A DNA stretch of 64,000 nt from an uncultured Haloferula sp. (GCA_965652295.1 CBFGTS010000006.1:128001-192000); one strand, 5' to 3'. Positions 9,729-19,687 are shown, numbered from the stretch's first letter. Translations and numbers: made by a program. Notes: generated by a model not told the origin, from the letters alone.

Positions 9729-10910
9729 ATGAACCCCCAACCAACATTGGATATGCCACGTTTTCTCAAGACCCTGTTCAAAACGAAGGCCGAGGTGATC
9801 GGATTCATCGCCCTCATGGTGCTGGTCTTCGTGATCTTTCCCATCTCGATGCCTGTCTTCCGACTCAATCTGGTCGGAAAGTATCTCTCCTTCGGCTTCG
9901 TCGCCATCGGCCTCGTCCTGCTCTGGGGACGCTGCGGGGTTCTCAGCCTCGGCCAGGGTGTCTTCTTCGGCCTCGGCGGCTACTGCATGGCCATGTTTCT
10001 CAAGCTCGAAGCCTCCGACCCCGAATCGACCTCCATCCAGTCCACGCCCGGGATCCCCGACTTCATGGACTGGAACCAGCTGACCGAGCTGCCCTGGTTT
10101 TGGGAGCCCTTCAAAAGCTTCCCCTTCACCGTCGTCGCCGTGTTCATCGTTCCCGCGGTGGTCGCCTTCTTCATCGGCTGGGCACTGTTCCGTCGGCGGG
10201 TCGGTGGCGTCTACTTCGCCATCATCACCCAGGCCATCGCCCTCATCATGTCGCTCGGCATCGATGGAAACCAGGGTTTCACCGGCGGCCGCAACGGCAT
10301 CACCGACCTCCGCACGCTGCTGGGTTGGGACATCCGGTCGGAGAGCGCCCAATATACGCTCTACTTCCTTTGCTCCATCCTTCTTTTCGGCGTCGCCTTG
10401 GGCGCCAAGTATATCATCAACACCCGCCTCGGCCGCGTGCTCGTCGCCATCCGCGACCGCGAGGACCGCGTGCGCTTCTCGGGCTACGATGTCGCCATGG
10501 TGCGGACCTTCATCTTCGCCTTCGCCGCCATGCTCAGTGGCCTCGGCGGGGCATTGTTCGTCCTCCAAGTCGGTTTTATGTCGCCTTCGATCATCGGCAT
10601 CGTCCCCTCCATCGAAATGGTGATCTTCACCGCCGTGGGAGGCCGCCTTTCGGTTCTGGGTGCCATCATCGGCTGCCTGCTGGTAAATTGGGGCAAGACC
10701 ACCTTTTCCGAGGCCTATCCGGACCTCTGGCTCTACCTCATGGGCGGAACCTTCATCGCCGTCGTCATGTTCTTTCCCAATGGAATCGCCGGCTTGGCCG
10801 AAAAACTCCCCGGCTTCGCCAACTGGCTGACGAACATCGTCGCCAAACGTCTCAAGACCTCCTCCCCCGCGTCCCCACCCTCCACCGAAGCGGTTACAGA
10901 TGAACATTGA
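9729..10910 (+). CDS. urtC: Urea/amide ABC transporter permease
   Basis: GVLSLGQGVFFGLGGY, PDFMDWN, GVYFAIITQA, AIRDREDRVRFSGY, SIEMVI. Confidence 0.92.
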   Translation: MNPQPTLDMPRFLKTLFKTKAEVIGFIALMVLVFVIFPISMPVFRLNLVGKYLSFGFVAIGLVLLWGRCGVLSLGQGVFFGLGGYCMAMFLKLEASDPESTSIQSTPGIPDFMDWNQLTELPWFWEPFKSFPFTVVAVFIVPAVVAFFIGWALFRRRVGGVYFAIITQAIALIMSLGIDGNQGFTGGRNGITDLRTLLGWDIRSESAQYTLYFLCSILLFGVALGAKYIINTRLGRVLVAIRDREDRVRFSGYDVAMVRTFIFAFAAMLSGLGGALFVLQVGFMSPSIIGIVPSIEMVIFTAVGGRLSVLGAIIGCLLVNWGKTTFSEAYPDLWLYLMGGTFIAVVMFFPNGIAGLAEKLPGFANWLTNIVAKRLKTSSPASPPSTEAVTDEH

Positions 10911-11646
10911 AAACGAAGACATACTCACCACCGAGGATCTCGGTGTCTCATTCGACGGTTTCAAGGCGGTCGACGGCTTCAACTTCTATCTAGCCCGGAA
11001 TCACGTGCATGTGATCATCGGGCCCAATGGGGCCGGCAAGACCACCGTGCTCGACCTGATCTGCGGCAAGACCGCCGCCACCACCGGCTCGATCAAGTTC
11101 CACGGCAGGGAGATGCGAGGAAAGCGTGAATACAAAATCGTCCGCGCCGGCATCGGCAGGAAATTCCAGAATCCCTCGATCTACGAAAATCTCACGGTCT
11201 TCGAGAACCTCGAGCTCTCCCACCCGACCGGCCGGGGTGTCATCGGGTGCCTGCTTTTCCGAAGAACTCCCGACGTGCTGAATCGCTGCCACGAGGTCGC
11301 CGAGGAGATCGGCCTGTCGGAAAGCCTTGATGTAGAGGCAGGGATCTTGAGCCACGGACAGAAGCAGTGGCTGGAGATCGGGATGCTCCTCATGCAGCAG
11401 CCGGAAGTCATTATGCTCGATGAACCCGTGGCGGGCATGAGCGTCCGCGAACGCACCGCCACCGCCGAACTCATTCGGCGGATCTCCAAGAACCGCTCGG
11501 TCATCGTGATCGAGCACGATATGGAATTCGTCCGGGAAATCGCCGACCGCGTCACCGTCATGCACCTCGGCAAGATCCTCGCGGAAGGGTCCATGGAGAA
11601 AGTCAGCAGCGATCCCAAGGTCATCGAGGTCTACATCGGCCACTAA
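10900..11646 (+). CDS. urtD: Urea/amide ABC transporter ATP-binding protein
   Basis: Walker A GPNGAGKT, GIGRKFQ, LSHGQKQWLEIGMLL, LDEPVAGM. Confidence 0.93.
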   Translation: MNIENEDILTTEDLGVSFDGFKAVDGFNFYLARNHVHVIIGPNGAGKTTVLDLICGKTAATTGSIKFHGREMRGKREYKIVRAGIGRKFQNPSIYENLTVFENLELSHPTGRGVIGCLLFRRTPDVLNRCHEVAEEIGLSESLDVEAGILSHGQKQWLEIGMLLMQQPEVIMLDEPVAGMSVRERTATAELIRRISKNRSVIVIEHDMEFVREIADRVTVMHLGKILAEGSMEKVSSDPKVIEVYIGH

Positions 11647-11657
11647 CCTTCAAAAAC

Positions 11658-12347
11658 ATGATCTCAGTCAGTCATCTCAAAGTGGCCTACGGCCAAAGCG
11701 TGGTCATCCCGGACATGAGCTTCCGCTCCTCCAAAGGCGAAATCCTCGGCATCATCGGGCGCAACGGCATGGGAAAGACCACCCTCTTCCGCTCCCTGAT
11801 CGGAATGATTCCGGCTGCCGGCGGCTCGATCACCGTCAACGACCAGGTCCTCACCAGGCTACCCTCCCACCGCCGCGTCGCGAGTGGCATGGCATTCGTG
11901 CCCCAGGGACGGATGATTTTCCCGTATCTCACCGTTTACGAAAACCTCATCTCCGGAGTAAAGGGACGACCCAAACCCGAGGACATCGAGGAAATCTACT
12001 CGCTCTTCCCCGTGCTTCAAGAAATGCGGAACCGCAAGGGCGGCAACCTGTCCGGAGGCCAGCAACAGCAGCTCGCGATCGGCCGCGCCCTGATGACCAA
12101 ACCGAGCGTTCTCCTCCTCGACGAGCCGACCGAAGGCATCCAGCCCTCGATCATCAAGGACATCTCACGGAGCCTCCGTGAGATCCGCGATCTCAAGAAG
12201 CTCACCATTCTCGTCAGCGAACAGGTTCTGAGTTTCGTCCTCGATACCTGCGATAAATTGATGGTCATCGATAAGGGCAAACTCGTCCGCGAGGACCAAC
12301 GCGCCGACGTCAATGCCGACCAGATCAAGGCCATGCTGGCGGTCTGA
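11658..12347 (+). CDS. urtE: Urea/amide ABC transporter ATP-binding protein
   Basis: GRNGMGKTT, VPQGR, LSGGQQQQLAI, LDEPTEGIQPSII. Confidence 0.93.
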   Translation: MISVSHLKVAYGQSVVIPDMSFRSSKGEILGIIGRNGMGKTTLFRSLIGMIPAAGGSITVNDQVLTRLPSHRRVASGMAFVPQGRMIFPYLTVYENLISGVKGRPKPEDIEEIYSLFPVLQEMRNRKGGNLSGGQQQQLAIGRALMTKPSVLLLDEPTEGIQPSIIKDISRSLREIRDLKKLTILVSEQVLSFVLDTCDKLMVIDKGKLVREDQRADVNADQIKAMLAV

Positions 12348-12389
12348 CCACGCCCTCAACTCCACTCCTTTCCAACCCACCACAAAGAC

Positions 12390-13610
12390 ATGAAGACACT
12401 GATTAAAGTCGACCTCGATGCGTCTCCCGAGAGCCAGGAATACCTCCACAACCGCTGGCATCCGGACATTCCCATGGTTGCCACGGTGAAGCCCGGCGAT
12501 GAGTTCCGGGTCGAGTGCATCGACTGGACCGGCGGCCAGATCCAGAACGATGACAACGCCAAGGACATCGAGGTCGTCGACCTGACCAAGGTCCACTACC
12601 TCAGCGGACCGATCGGCGTCGAGGGAGCCGAGCCCGGCGACCTCCTCGTCGTGGACATTCTCGATGTCGGCGTGCTTGAAGAGTCTCAGTGGGGATTCAC
12701 CGGTCTATTCGCCCGGACCAATGGCGGCGGTTTCCTCACCAACGAGTTTCCCGATGCCCGCAAGGCCTGCTGGGATTTCCACGGCATCTACACCTCCTCC
12801 CGGCACATCCCGAACGTCGAGTTCGCCGGCATCATGCACCCCGGCCTCATCGGCTGCCTGCCTTCCAAGGACCTCCTGAATACATGGAACAAGCGGGAAA
12901 AGGAGCTTTTCGATACCGACCCGGAACGAGTTCCGCCCCTCTGCGCCCTGCCCTACTCCGACACCGCCCACATGGGAAAAATGACCGGGCCCGAGCGGGA
13001 CGCCGCCGCAGCCGAAGGCGCACGGACGGTGCCCCCGCGGGAACATGGCGGCAACTGTGACATCAAGAACCTTACCAAGGGATCCAAGGTCTATTTTCCC
13101 GTCTATGTCAAAGGCGGCGGCCTCTCCATGGGCGACATCCACTTCAGCCAGGGAGATGGGGAAATCACCTTCTGTGGAGCGATCGAGATGGCCGGCTATC
13201 TCGACATCCGGGTGAGCCTGATCAAGGGCGGCGTCGAGAAATACGCCATCAAGAATCCGCTCTTCCTGCCCAGCCCGCTGTCTCCCGAATACAAGAGCCA
13301 TATCATCTTCGAAGGCATTTCCGTGGATAACTCCGGCAAGCAATACTACCTCGATCCCTTCGTCTCCTACAAGATGGCCTGCCTCAATGCCATCGAGTAC
13401 ATGAAGAAATTCGGCTACACCGGCGAGCAGGCCTACGCCATCCTCGGCACGGCTCCGGTCCAGGGGCACATCAGCGGCATCGTCGATATCCCCAACGCCT
13501 GCGCCACGCTCTGGCTGCCGACGGAGATCTTCGATTTCAACATCCTGCCCGGAGCGGACGGACCCACCCTGTCCGTCACCCCCGGCACCGATCTCGCCTT
13601 TGTGAAATAG
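12390..13610 (+). CDS. fmdA: Formamidase (acetamidase/formamidase family)
   Basis: HNRWHPDIP, DWTGGQI, VHYLSGPI, RTVPPREHGGNCDIKNL, GDIHFSQGDGEITFCGAIEMAG. Confidence 0.95.
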   Translation: MKTLIKVDLDASPESQEYLHNRWHPDIPMVATVKPGDEFRVECIDWTGGQIQNDDNAKDIEVVDLTKVHYLSGPIGVEGAEPGDLLVVDILDVGVLEESQWGFTGLFARTNGGGFLTNEFPDARKACWDFHGIYTSSRHIPNVEFAGIMHPGLIGCLPSKDLLNTWNKREKELFDTDPERVPPLCALPYSDTAHMGKMTGPERDAAAAEGARTVPPREHGGNCDIKNLTKGSKVYFPVYVKGGGLSMGDIHFSQGDGEITFCGAIEMAGYLDIRVSLIKGGVEKYAIKNPLFLPSPLSPEYKSHIIFEGISVDNSGKQYYLDPFVSYKMACLNAIEYMKKFGYTGEQAYAILGTAPVQGHISGIVDIPNACATLWLPTEIFDFNILPGADGPTLSVTPGTDLAFVK

Positions 13611-13627
13611 CCGACCATTTCCCCGTC

Positions 13628-13969
13628 ATTCCCCTCTACAGCTACACCTGCGGCGACTGCGGAGACTTCCACTCGCTGCGCACCATTGCCGAGCGGAACT
13701 CACCGGCCGGCTGCCCGCACTGCGGCCGGCAGGCCCGGCGCTTGATCGAGGCCCCGAATCTGGCGGTCATGCATCCCGTAGCGCGCCGCGCGTCCGAGAT
13801 CAATGAAAAGAGCCGCTACGAGCCGCGGGTTCGCCAAGCCCACCAGTGCGGATCGGGCTGTGGTTGCGGTTCGTCCGGAAAGATCCGCCCGGAGCGAAAG
13901 CGCGAAACCAAGCTCGGTACCCTGCAGGGTCAGAAAGCCAGCGCCCGGCCATGGATGCTGGGCCATTGA
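13628..13969 (+). CDS. fmdB: FmdB-family zinc-ribbon protein, apparent ATT start
   Basis: The frame of ORF 13742..13969 extends upstream as ATT-PLYSYTCGDCG...CPHCG, matching the FmdB N-terminus; C-terminal RPWMLGH. Confidence 0.8.
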   Translation: MPLYSYTCGDCGDFHSLRTIAERNSPAGCPHCGRQARRLIEAPNLAVMHPVARRASEINEKSRYEPRVRQAHQCGSGCGCGSSGKIRPERKRETKLGTLQGQKASARPWMLGH

Positions 13970-13989
13970 TGCCTTCATGCGATGAACTG

Positions 13990-14022
13990 AGCGGGCCGGC
14001 CCGGTGGCAGGGCCGGCCCGCT
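13990..14022. terminator. 13-bp perfect hairpin between convergent fmdB and RAYT
   Basis: AGCGGGCCGGCCC-GGTGGCA-GGGCCGGCCCGCT. Confidence 0.65.
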
Positions 14023-14050
14023 GATCTACTGTTCGAAAGTCGAAGGTCGC

Positions 14051-15133
14051 CTACCCCACCCCCACTCGCAGGTTCCGTGCTGTCCAAAGCTCCCCCGCCA
14101 GCGCTCTCAACGCTCCGCGCGGCTTTCTGGCACCGCTCATTCGCTTGTCGCTGAAATACTCCCGAGAGCCTGCGAACACCTCGTTCACAAACGACCGTCC
14201 ACCGATCACCGCTCCGTCCGTGAAGTATCTCACCCGGTGGCGGATCACCTGCGAAATCCGCAAGTCCCTCGATCCATCTGCGGTTTCCAGTCGCTTCATC
14301 TCCGACCGCGCCTTCTCCGGCTCCATCCCTTTCCTCGTCACCCGACCCTCGTCGTCGGACACGGCCACGGATTTCCCGAGCAAGACCCGTCGGTAGCGTT
14401 TCCCCAGCCCACCCTGCGCCCAAGCTCGCACCAGCGCCTCGAAGCCCATCGCTTCGCCATCTTTGCCGATCAAATACTGCATCACCCGCGCCAATCCCGC
14501 CCGGGCCTTTTTCCCTCCCGCCGCAGCCTCCGCGTAGCTGCTCCAGCGGTAGTCCACCGGGTCCTCGCAGATGCCCGCCCGCACCGGATTCAGATCGATG
14601 TACGCCGCCACCGTCTGCGCCGCGAACCCGCTCTCCACCAACACGCTTTTGAAACGCTGTTCCCACAGCCGACCGGTGCGCTGATGCGCCCGATTGAACC
14701 ACGAGGAAAACCGCTGCAGCAGGATTTTCATGAACTCACTGAGGTCGTTCATGCGGTAGGTGTAGGAGGAAAAGATCCGGTCCACCTCCGCTTCGTTTCC
14801 CGCCGCCCGGGCTTCCACCAGAAGGCGTTGCTGCTCCTTCACCTTCCAGGTCGGGTAGAACACCTCCATCCGCCTCAGCAGTTCGTCTTCCGGCATTCGC
14901 TCAGACGGCTGTGGCGGGACCTCGATGAGCAGGTGGAAATGGTTGGACATCAGGCAGTAAGAAAGCACCCGGCAACCCGTGAAATTCTCCGTCATCCGCG
15001 TCAGCGTGCGGAACTTCTCCTTCTCCTCCGGACCGAACGCGAACCGCCTCTCCACCACCCGTGAGATCACGTGGTAGATCGTCGGTTTTTTCGTCGAGTC
15101 CTTCCAAGGTGCCAGCCACCGCTTCCGAGCCAT
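14051..15133 (-). mobile_element. REP-associated tyrosine transposase (RAYT; HUH Y1, IS200/IS605 superfamily)
   Basis: YHVISR, YCLMSNHFHLL (HUH), GRLWEQRFKS, YIDLNPVRAG, YRWSSY; start ATG 15133. Confidence 0.88.
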
Positions 15134-15282
15134 GGACGGGACCCTACCCAGCCCGCCTTCCACAGAGCAAGCATATTCCCTACTTGTGGTGTGTCCATCT
15201 ATTGGTCTTGATTCAATTCCCCCAGACGGTCACTTTTTCCCTGCCAACCCGGCTCGTGCGCCGCTTTAGTCACCCACGAGCC

Positions 15283-16881
15283 ATGCCACGACGCCTTCTC
15301 ACCCTCGCCGTCGCCGTCCTCGCTCTCGCCGCCTGCTCGCGCGAGACGCAGGTCGAGCGCGCCAATCGCGACGGCATCCTGCTGCTCGGCAATTCCGGCG
15401 AGCCGAAATCACTCGACCCGCAACTGGTCACCGGTGTCCTTGAGAGCAAGATCATCGGCTCGCTGATGGAGGGCCTCGTCGCCGACGATCCCCGCAGCGA
15501 CGACGCCCTGCCACCCGGCGCGGCCGAGTCCTGGGAACACAACGAGGAGCTGACCGAGTGGACCTTCCACCTGCGGCCGGACGGGAAATGGTCCGACGGC
15601 GCGCCCGTCACCGCCCGCGACTACGTGTTCTCCTACCAGCGCATGCTCCACCCGGACCTGATCGCGCCGTACGTGGAAATGCTCTACTTCATCGACAAGG
15701 CCGAGGCCTTCAACAAAGGCGAGATCGATGACTTTTCCGAGGTCGGCGTGTGGGCCGAGGACGACCTCACCCTGCGTCTCCGCCTGCGCGAGCCGGTGCC
15801 CTTCCTTCCCTCGCTCACCCGCCACTACACTTGGTTCGCCGTGCCGCGCCACGTGGTGCTGCTCCACGGAAAAATGACCGACCGGTTCACCGATTGGTGC
15901 CTGCCGCCGAACATGGTCGGCAACGGCCCCTTCCGCCTGAAATCGTGGGAGTTCCACGATTCGATCGAGGTCGAGAAAAACCCGCACTACTGGGACGCGG
16001 AGAACGTCGCGCTGAACGGCATCCGTTTTCTCCCCATCGAAAACCCCTACACCGAGGCCCGCGCGTTCTTCGCCGGCCAGCTCCACAGCTCCTACACGCT
16101 GCCGGCCGACCTGATCGATACCGTGAAGGAAAAGAGCCCGCAGTTCCTACGGCAGGAACCGTACGTCGGCACCGTCTTCGTCCGTCTGAACACCACCAAG
16201 CCCGGCCTCGACGACCCCCGCGTGCGCCGCGCCCTCGGCTTGGCAATCGACCGTGCGGCGCTCACCGAGCACGTGTTGGAAGGCTATTTCCCCGCCACCT
16301 CGCTGACGCCGAAGATGGGACGCTATGAGCCCGAACCGGTACTTCGCTTCGACCCCGAGGAAGCCCGCCGGCTGCTCGCCGAGGCCGGCTACCCGGGAGG
16401 AAAGGGTTTCCCCCGCTACTCCGTGCTGATCAGCCGCCCCGCCGCACGCTCCAGCACCGAGGCGGTTCAGGCGATGTGGCGCAAGCACCTCAACATCATC
16501 GTCGATATCCAGAACAAGGACTGGGGCTCCTACATTTCCGCCCAGCAGTCGTTGGAATTCGACATGGCGATGGCCGGCTGGATCGGCGATTACCTCGACC
16601 CTACCACGTTCCTGAACATGTGGACGAAGGGCAACGGCAACAACAACACCGGCTGGAGCAACGAGCGCTTCGAGGAACTTCTGGCCGAGGCCGCGCACCA
16701 GGCTGATCCGGTGCAGCGGCTCGATTTCCTGCGCCAGGCCGAGCAACTGCTGATGGCCGAGCAGCCGGTGCTCCCCACCGCCTACTACTCCCGCAACTAC
16801 CTCCACCGCCCGGAGGTCAAAGGCTGGTACCCGCTGCTGCTCGACAACCATCCTTACAAATCCATCCGCCTCGATCCCTGA
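15283..16881 (+). CDS. oppA: Oligopeptide ABC transporter substrate-binding lipoprotein
   Basis: Lipobox LAAC; EPKSLDP, KWSDG, GNGPF, KNPHYWD, GWIGDYLDP. Confidence 0.9.
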   Translation: MPRRLLTLAVAVLALAACSRETQVERANRDGILLLGNSGEPKSLDPQLVTGVLESKIIGSLMEGLVADDPRSDDALPPGAAESWEHNEELTEWTFHLRPDGKWSDGAPVTARDYVFSYQRMLHPDLIAPYVEMLYFIDKAEAFNKGEIDDFSEVGVWAEDDLTLRLRLREPVPFLPSLTRHYTWFAVPRHVVLLHGKMTDRFTDWCLPPNMVGNGPFRLKSWEFHDSIEVEKNPHYWDAENVALNGIRFLPIENPYTEARAFFAGQLHSSYTLPADLIDTVKEKSPQFLRQEPYVGTVFVRLNTTKPGLDDPRVRRALGLAIDRAALTEHVLEGYFPATSLTPKMGRYEPEPVLRFDPEEARRLLAEAGYPGGKGFPRYSVLISRPAARSSTEAVQAMWRKHLNIIVDIQNKDWGSYISAQQSLEFDMAMAGWIGDYLDPTTFLNMWTKGNGNNNTGWSNERFEELLAEAAHQADPVQRLDFLRQAEQLLMAEQPVLPTAYYSRNYLHRPEVKGWYPLLLDNHPYKSIRLDP

Positions 16882-16882
16882 C

Positions 16883-17806
16883 ATGCTCCGCGCCATCCTC
16901 CAGCGACTGCTCCAGGGCGTGCTCGTGCTCTTCGTCCTGTTCACGGTCACGTTTCTCCTCGTCAAGCAACTGCCCTACGGACCCTTCCAGCAGGAAAAGG
17001 CCATCCCCGACCACATCCGCGCCAAGGTCGAAGCCTACTACGGCCTCGATCAGCCGACCTCCGTCCAGTATTTCAAGCGCCTCAAGAACTACCTCAAAGG
17101 CGATACCGGCCTGAGCCTCCGCCTCGAGGGCCGGCCGGTTTCCGAAATCATCACGCAGGCCTTCCCCACCTCGCTTCAGCTCGGTATCGCCGCCATGTTC
17201 GTGGCCCTGTTCATTGGCATCCCGCTCGGCACCCTGGCGGCGGCGAAAAAGAACTCGCTCATCGATTTCGGCGCGATGGCCCTGGCCATGACCGGCATCT
17301 GCCTCCCCGCCTTCGTCATCGGCCCGATCCTGGCCGAAATCTTCGGCCGCGGCCTAAAGCTGCTGCCCGCCGTCGGCTGGGACCCCACCACGCCGCGCTC
17401 GTGGATCCTGCCAGCCATCACCCTGGGCCTCGCCACCGCCGCCTACCTTTCCCGCCTCACCCGCGCCGGGATGCTCGATACCCTCTCGCAGGACTTCGTC
17501 CGCACCGCCAAGGCCAAGGGCGTGCCGGGTCGCACGATCCTCGTCCGCCACTGCCTGCGCGGAGGTCTCATCCCCGCCCTCGCCTACATCGGTCCCGCCT
17601 TCGCCGGGCTGATTTCCGGCTCGGTTGTCATTGAAAGCATCTTCCAGATCCCCGGCCTCGGGCAGCACTTCATCAAGGCCATCGAGACCGGCGATGAGCC
17701 CGTCATCCTCGCCACCGTCATGCTCTACGGCACCCTGATCATCATCGCCAATTTCCTCACCGACATCGTCGCCGTTTGGCTCAACCCGCGCCTTCGCACC
17801 CGATGA
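16883..17806 (+). CDS. oppB: Oligopeptide ABC transporter permease
   Basis: GPF..YGLD, DFVRTAKAKG, GSVVIESIF, LNPR. Confidence 0.9.
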   Translation: MLRAILQRLLQGVLVLFVLFTVTFLLVKQLPYGPFQQEKAIPDHIRAKVEAYYGLDQPTSVQYFKRLKNYLKGDTGLSLRLEGRPVSEIITQAFPTSLQLGIAAMFVALFIGIPLGTLAAAKKNSLIDFGAMALAMTGICLPAFVIGPILAEIFGRGLKLLPAVGWDPTTPRSWILPAITLGLATAAYLSRLTRAGMLDTLSQDFVRTAKAKGVPGRTILVRHCLRGGLIPALAYIGPAFAGLISGSVVIESIFQIPGLGQHFIKAIETGDEPVILATVMLYGTLIIIANFLTDIVAVWLNPRLRTR

Positions 17807-18807
17807 CCACCGCCGCCGCATCCACCACCGTCCCACCCCGCCGCGTCGAAAAGGGAGCCTCGCTCTGGCGGGATGCCTGGCGCCGCCTCGCGAAAAACCG
17901 CGCCGCCATGGTCAGCCTCGCCCTGCTGGTCGTCATCGTGCTCGCCTGCGTCATCCTGCCCGCCATTCCCGGGTTCCTCGCCGACCCAGGAATCCAGAAT
18001 CTCGAAAACAAACACCTGCCCCCCAACGCGGAGCACTGGTTCGGCACCGACCACCTCGGGCGCGATCTCTTCAGCCGCATCCTCTTCGGCGGGCGCGTTT
18101 CGATCATGGTCGGCGTCATCACCACCATGGTCTCCGTGACCATCGGCATCACCTGGGGTGCCATCTCCGGGTACGTCGGAGGCCGTACGGATGCCTTCAT
18201 GATGCGTTTCGTCGACATTCTCTACGCCCTGCCTTTCCTCGTGATCGTGATCCTGCTCGGTGCCGTGCTGAGCCCATTGACCGATGATCTCACAAAATTC
18301 ACCGTGGACCTTTTCGCCCCCGAAGGCAGCAGCGCGGCGAAGACCAACGAAGTCCGCACCGCCGTCGAGCCCTTCACCACCCTCGTGCCGCTGTTCATCG
18401 CCATCGGCGCGCTGTCCTGGCTGAACGTCTCCCGGATCGTCCGCGCCCAGGTCCAGAGCGTCGCCCGGCTCGAATTCGTCGAAGCCGCCCGCTCGCTCGG
18501 CCTCGGCCACCTGCGGATCCTATTCCGCCACATCCTGCCGAACACACTCGGGCCGATCATCGTTTACACCACCCTGACTATTCCCGGCGTCATGCTTTTC
18601 GAGGCCACCCTGTCGTTCCTCGGGCTCGGCGTGAAACCGCCGAACTCCTCCTGGGGTATCCTCATCGAGGAGGGCGCCAACCGCATGCTCTCCAACCCCC
18701 GGTTGCTCCTCTTTCCCGCCCTCTTTTTCTCCACCACCCTCTTCGCCCTCAACTTCCTTGGCGATGGCCTGCGCGACGCGCTCGACCCGAAGTCGTCGAA
18801 GGATTGA
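17803..18807 (+). CDS. oppC: Oligopeptide ABC transporter permease
   Basis: SLWRDAWRRLAKNRAA, HWFGTDHLGRD, EFVEAARSLG, GDGLRDALDP; ATGA overlap. Confidence 0.9.
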   Translation: MTTAAASTTVPPRRVEKGASLWRDAWRRLAKNRAAMVSLALLVVIVLACVILPAIPGFLADPGIQNLENKHLPPNAEHWFGTDHLGRDLFSRILFGGRVSIMVGVITTMVSVTIGITWGAISGYVGGRTDAFMMRFVDILYALPFLVIVILLGAVLSPLTDDLTKFTVDLFAPEGSSAAKTNEVRTAVEPFTTLVPLFIAIGALSWLNVSRIVRAQVQSVARLEFVEAARSLGLGHLRILFRHILPNTLGPIIVYTTLTIPGVMLFEATLSFLGLGVKPPNSSWGILIEEGANRMLSNPRLLLFPALFFSTTLFALNFLGDGLRDALDPKSSKD

Positions 18808-18907
18808 CGATTTTCGATTGAAGATCGTCGATTAAAGAGATGGATGTTAGATCGCAAAGACGATCCTTCAATCTTCAATCTTCAATCTTCAATCTTCAAT
18901 CTTCAAT
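18802..18907. repeat. Heptamer repeats: five degenerate GATnnnn units followed by (CTTCAAT)x6
   Basis: GATTGAC GATTTTC GATTGAA GATCGTC GATTAAA at 18802-18836; six perfect CTTCAAT at 18866-18907. Confidence 0.9.
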
Positions 18908-18910
18908 CGC

Positions 18911-19621
18911 ATGAGCCTGATCCGTGACTTGCCGAGCGATGAGCGCCCGCGTGAAAAGCTGGCCCGCCTGGGGCCCGCGGCGCTCGACAACGCCGAGCTG
19001 CTCGCCCTCTTCCTTGGCACCGGGATGAAGGGGAAAAGCTCCATCCAGATCGGGCGCGACATCCTGCGTCACTTCGGCTCGCTCCACGCCCTCGGAGCCG
19101 CCGGCCTCCCTGCCCTGCGCACCACCCCCGGCCTCGGGCTGGCCAAAGCCTGCCAGCTCGCCGCCGCCTTCGAGCTCGGTGCCCGCCTCGCCCGCGAGCG
19201 CATGAACCACACCCCACTCGACTGCCCCGAGCGCATCTACGAATCCTTCGCCCCCCAGCTCGCCCACCTGCCGCACGAGAAACTCCTCGTCGCCATGGTG
19301 AACTCTCGGCTCGAGCACATTGCCACCACCGAGATCACCAGCGGCACCCTCACCGAGACCTCCGCCCATCCGCGCGAAGTCCTGCGACCCATCGTGCTTC
19401 ACCACGCGTGGGGTTTCGTGCTCGTTCACAACCATCCCTCCGGCGATCCCCGCCCGAGTGAAGCCGATCTCGAATTCACCCACCGCCTCAAGGCCGCCGC
19501 CGACGTCCTCAGCATCCGCTTGCTCGACCATCTCATCATCGGCCGCCCCTCCGACTTCCGGGAGCCCTACTATTCCTTCCGGGAAAACGGCCGGTTCGAC
19601 GCCAAGGAACGCGAGGAATAA
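18911..19621 (+). CDS. radC: RadC-family JAB/MPN domain protein
   Basis: RPREKL, ELLALFLGTG, HPREV, JAMM motif HNHPSGDPRPSEAD, LLDHLII. Confidence 0.93.
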   Translation: MSLIRDLPSDERPREKLARLGPAALDNAELLALFLGTGMKGKSSIQIGRDILRHFGSLHALGAAGLPALRTTPGLGLAKACQLAAAFELGARLARERMNHTPLDCPERIYESFAPQLAHLPHEKLLVAMVNSRLEHIATTEITSGTLTETSAHPREVLRPIVLHHAWGFVLVHNHPSGDPRPSEADLEFTHRLKAAADVLSIRLLDHLIIGRPSDFREPYYSFRENGRFDAKEREE

Positions 19622-19654
19622 TTCTCATCCATCCGGGCCTCCACCCCATCCATG

Positions 19655-19687
19655 AAGCAGCCGAAGCGGCGAACGCTTCGGCTGCTT
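19655..19687. terminator. 14-bp perfect hairpin between convergent genes
   Basis: AAGCAGCCGAAGCG-GCGAA-CGCTTCGGCTGCTT. Confidence 0.7.

Noticed and set aside
18802..18907. CRISPR array
   Set aside because: 7-bp tandem units without spacers; no cas genes or repeat-spacer arrays seen anywhere in the window
18911..19621. radC as a mobile-element or defence marker
   Set aside because: Full-length chromosomal-type RadC with its N-terminal region, host-like composition and no island context
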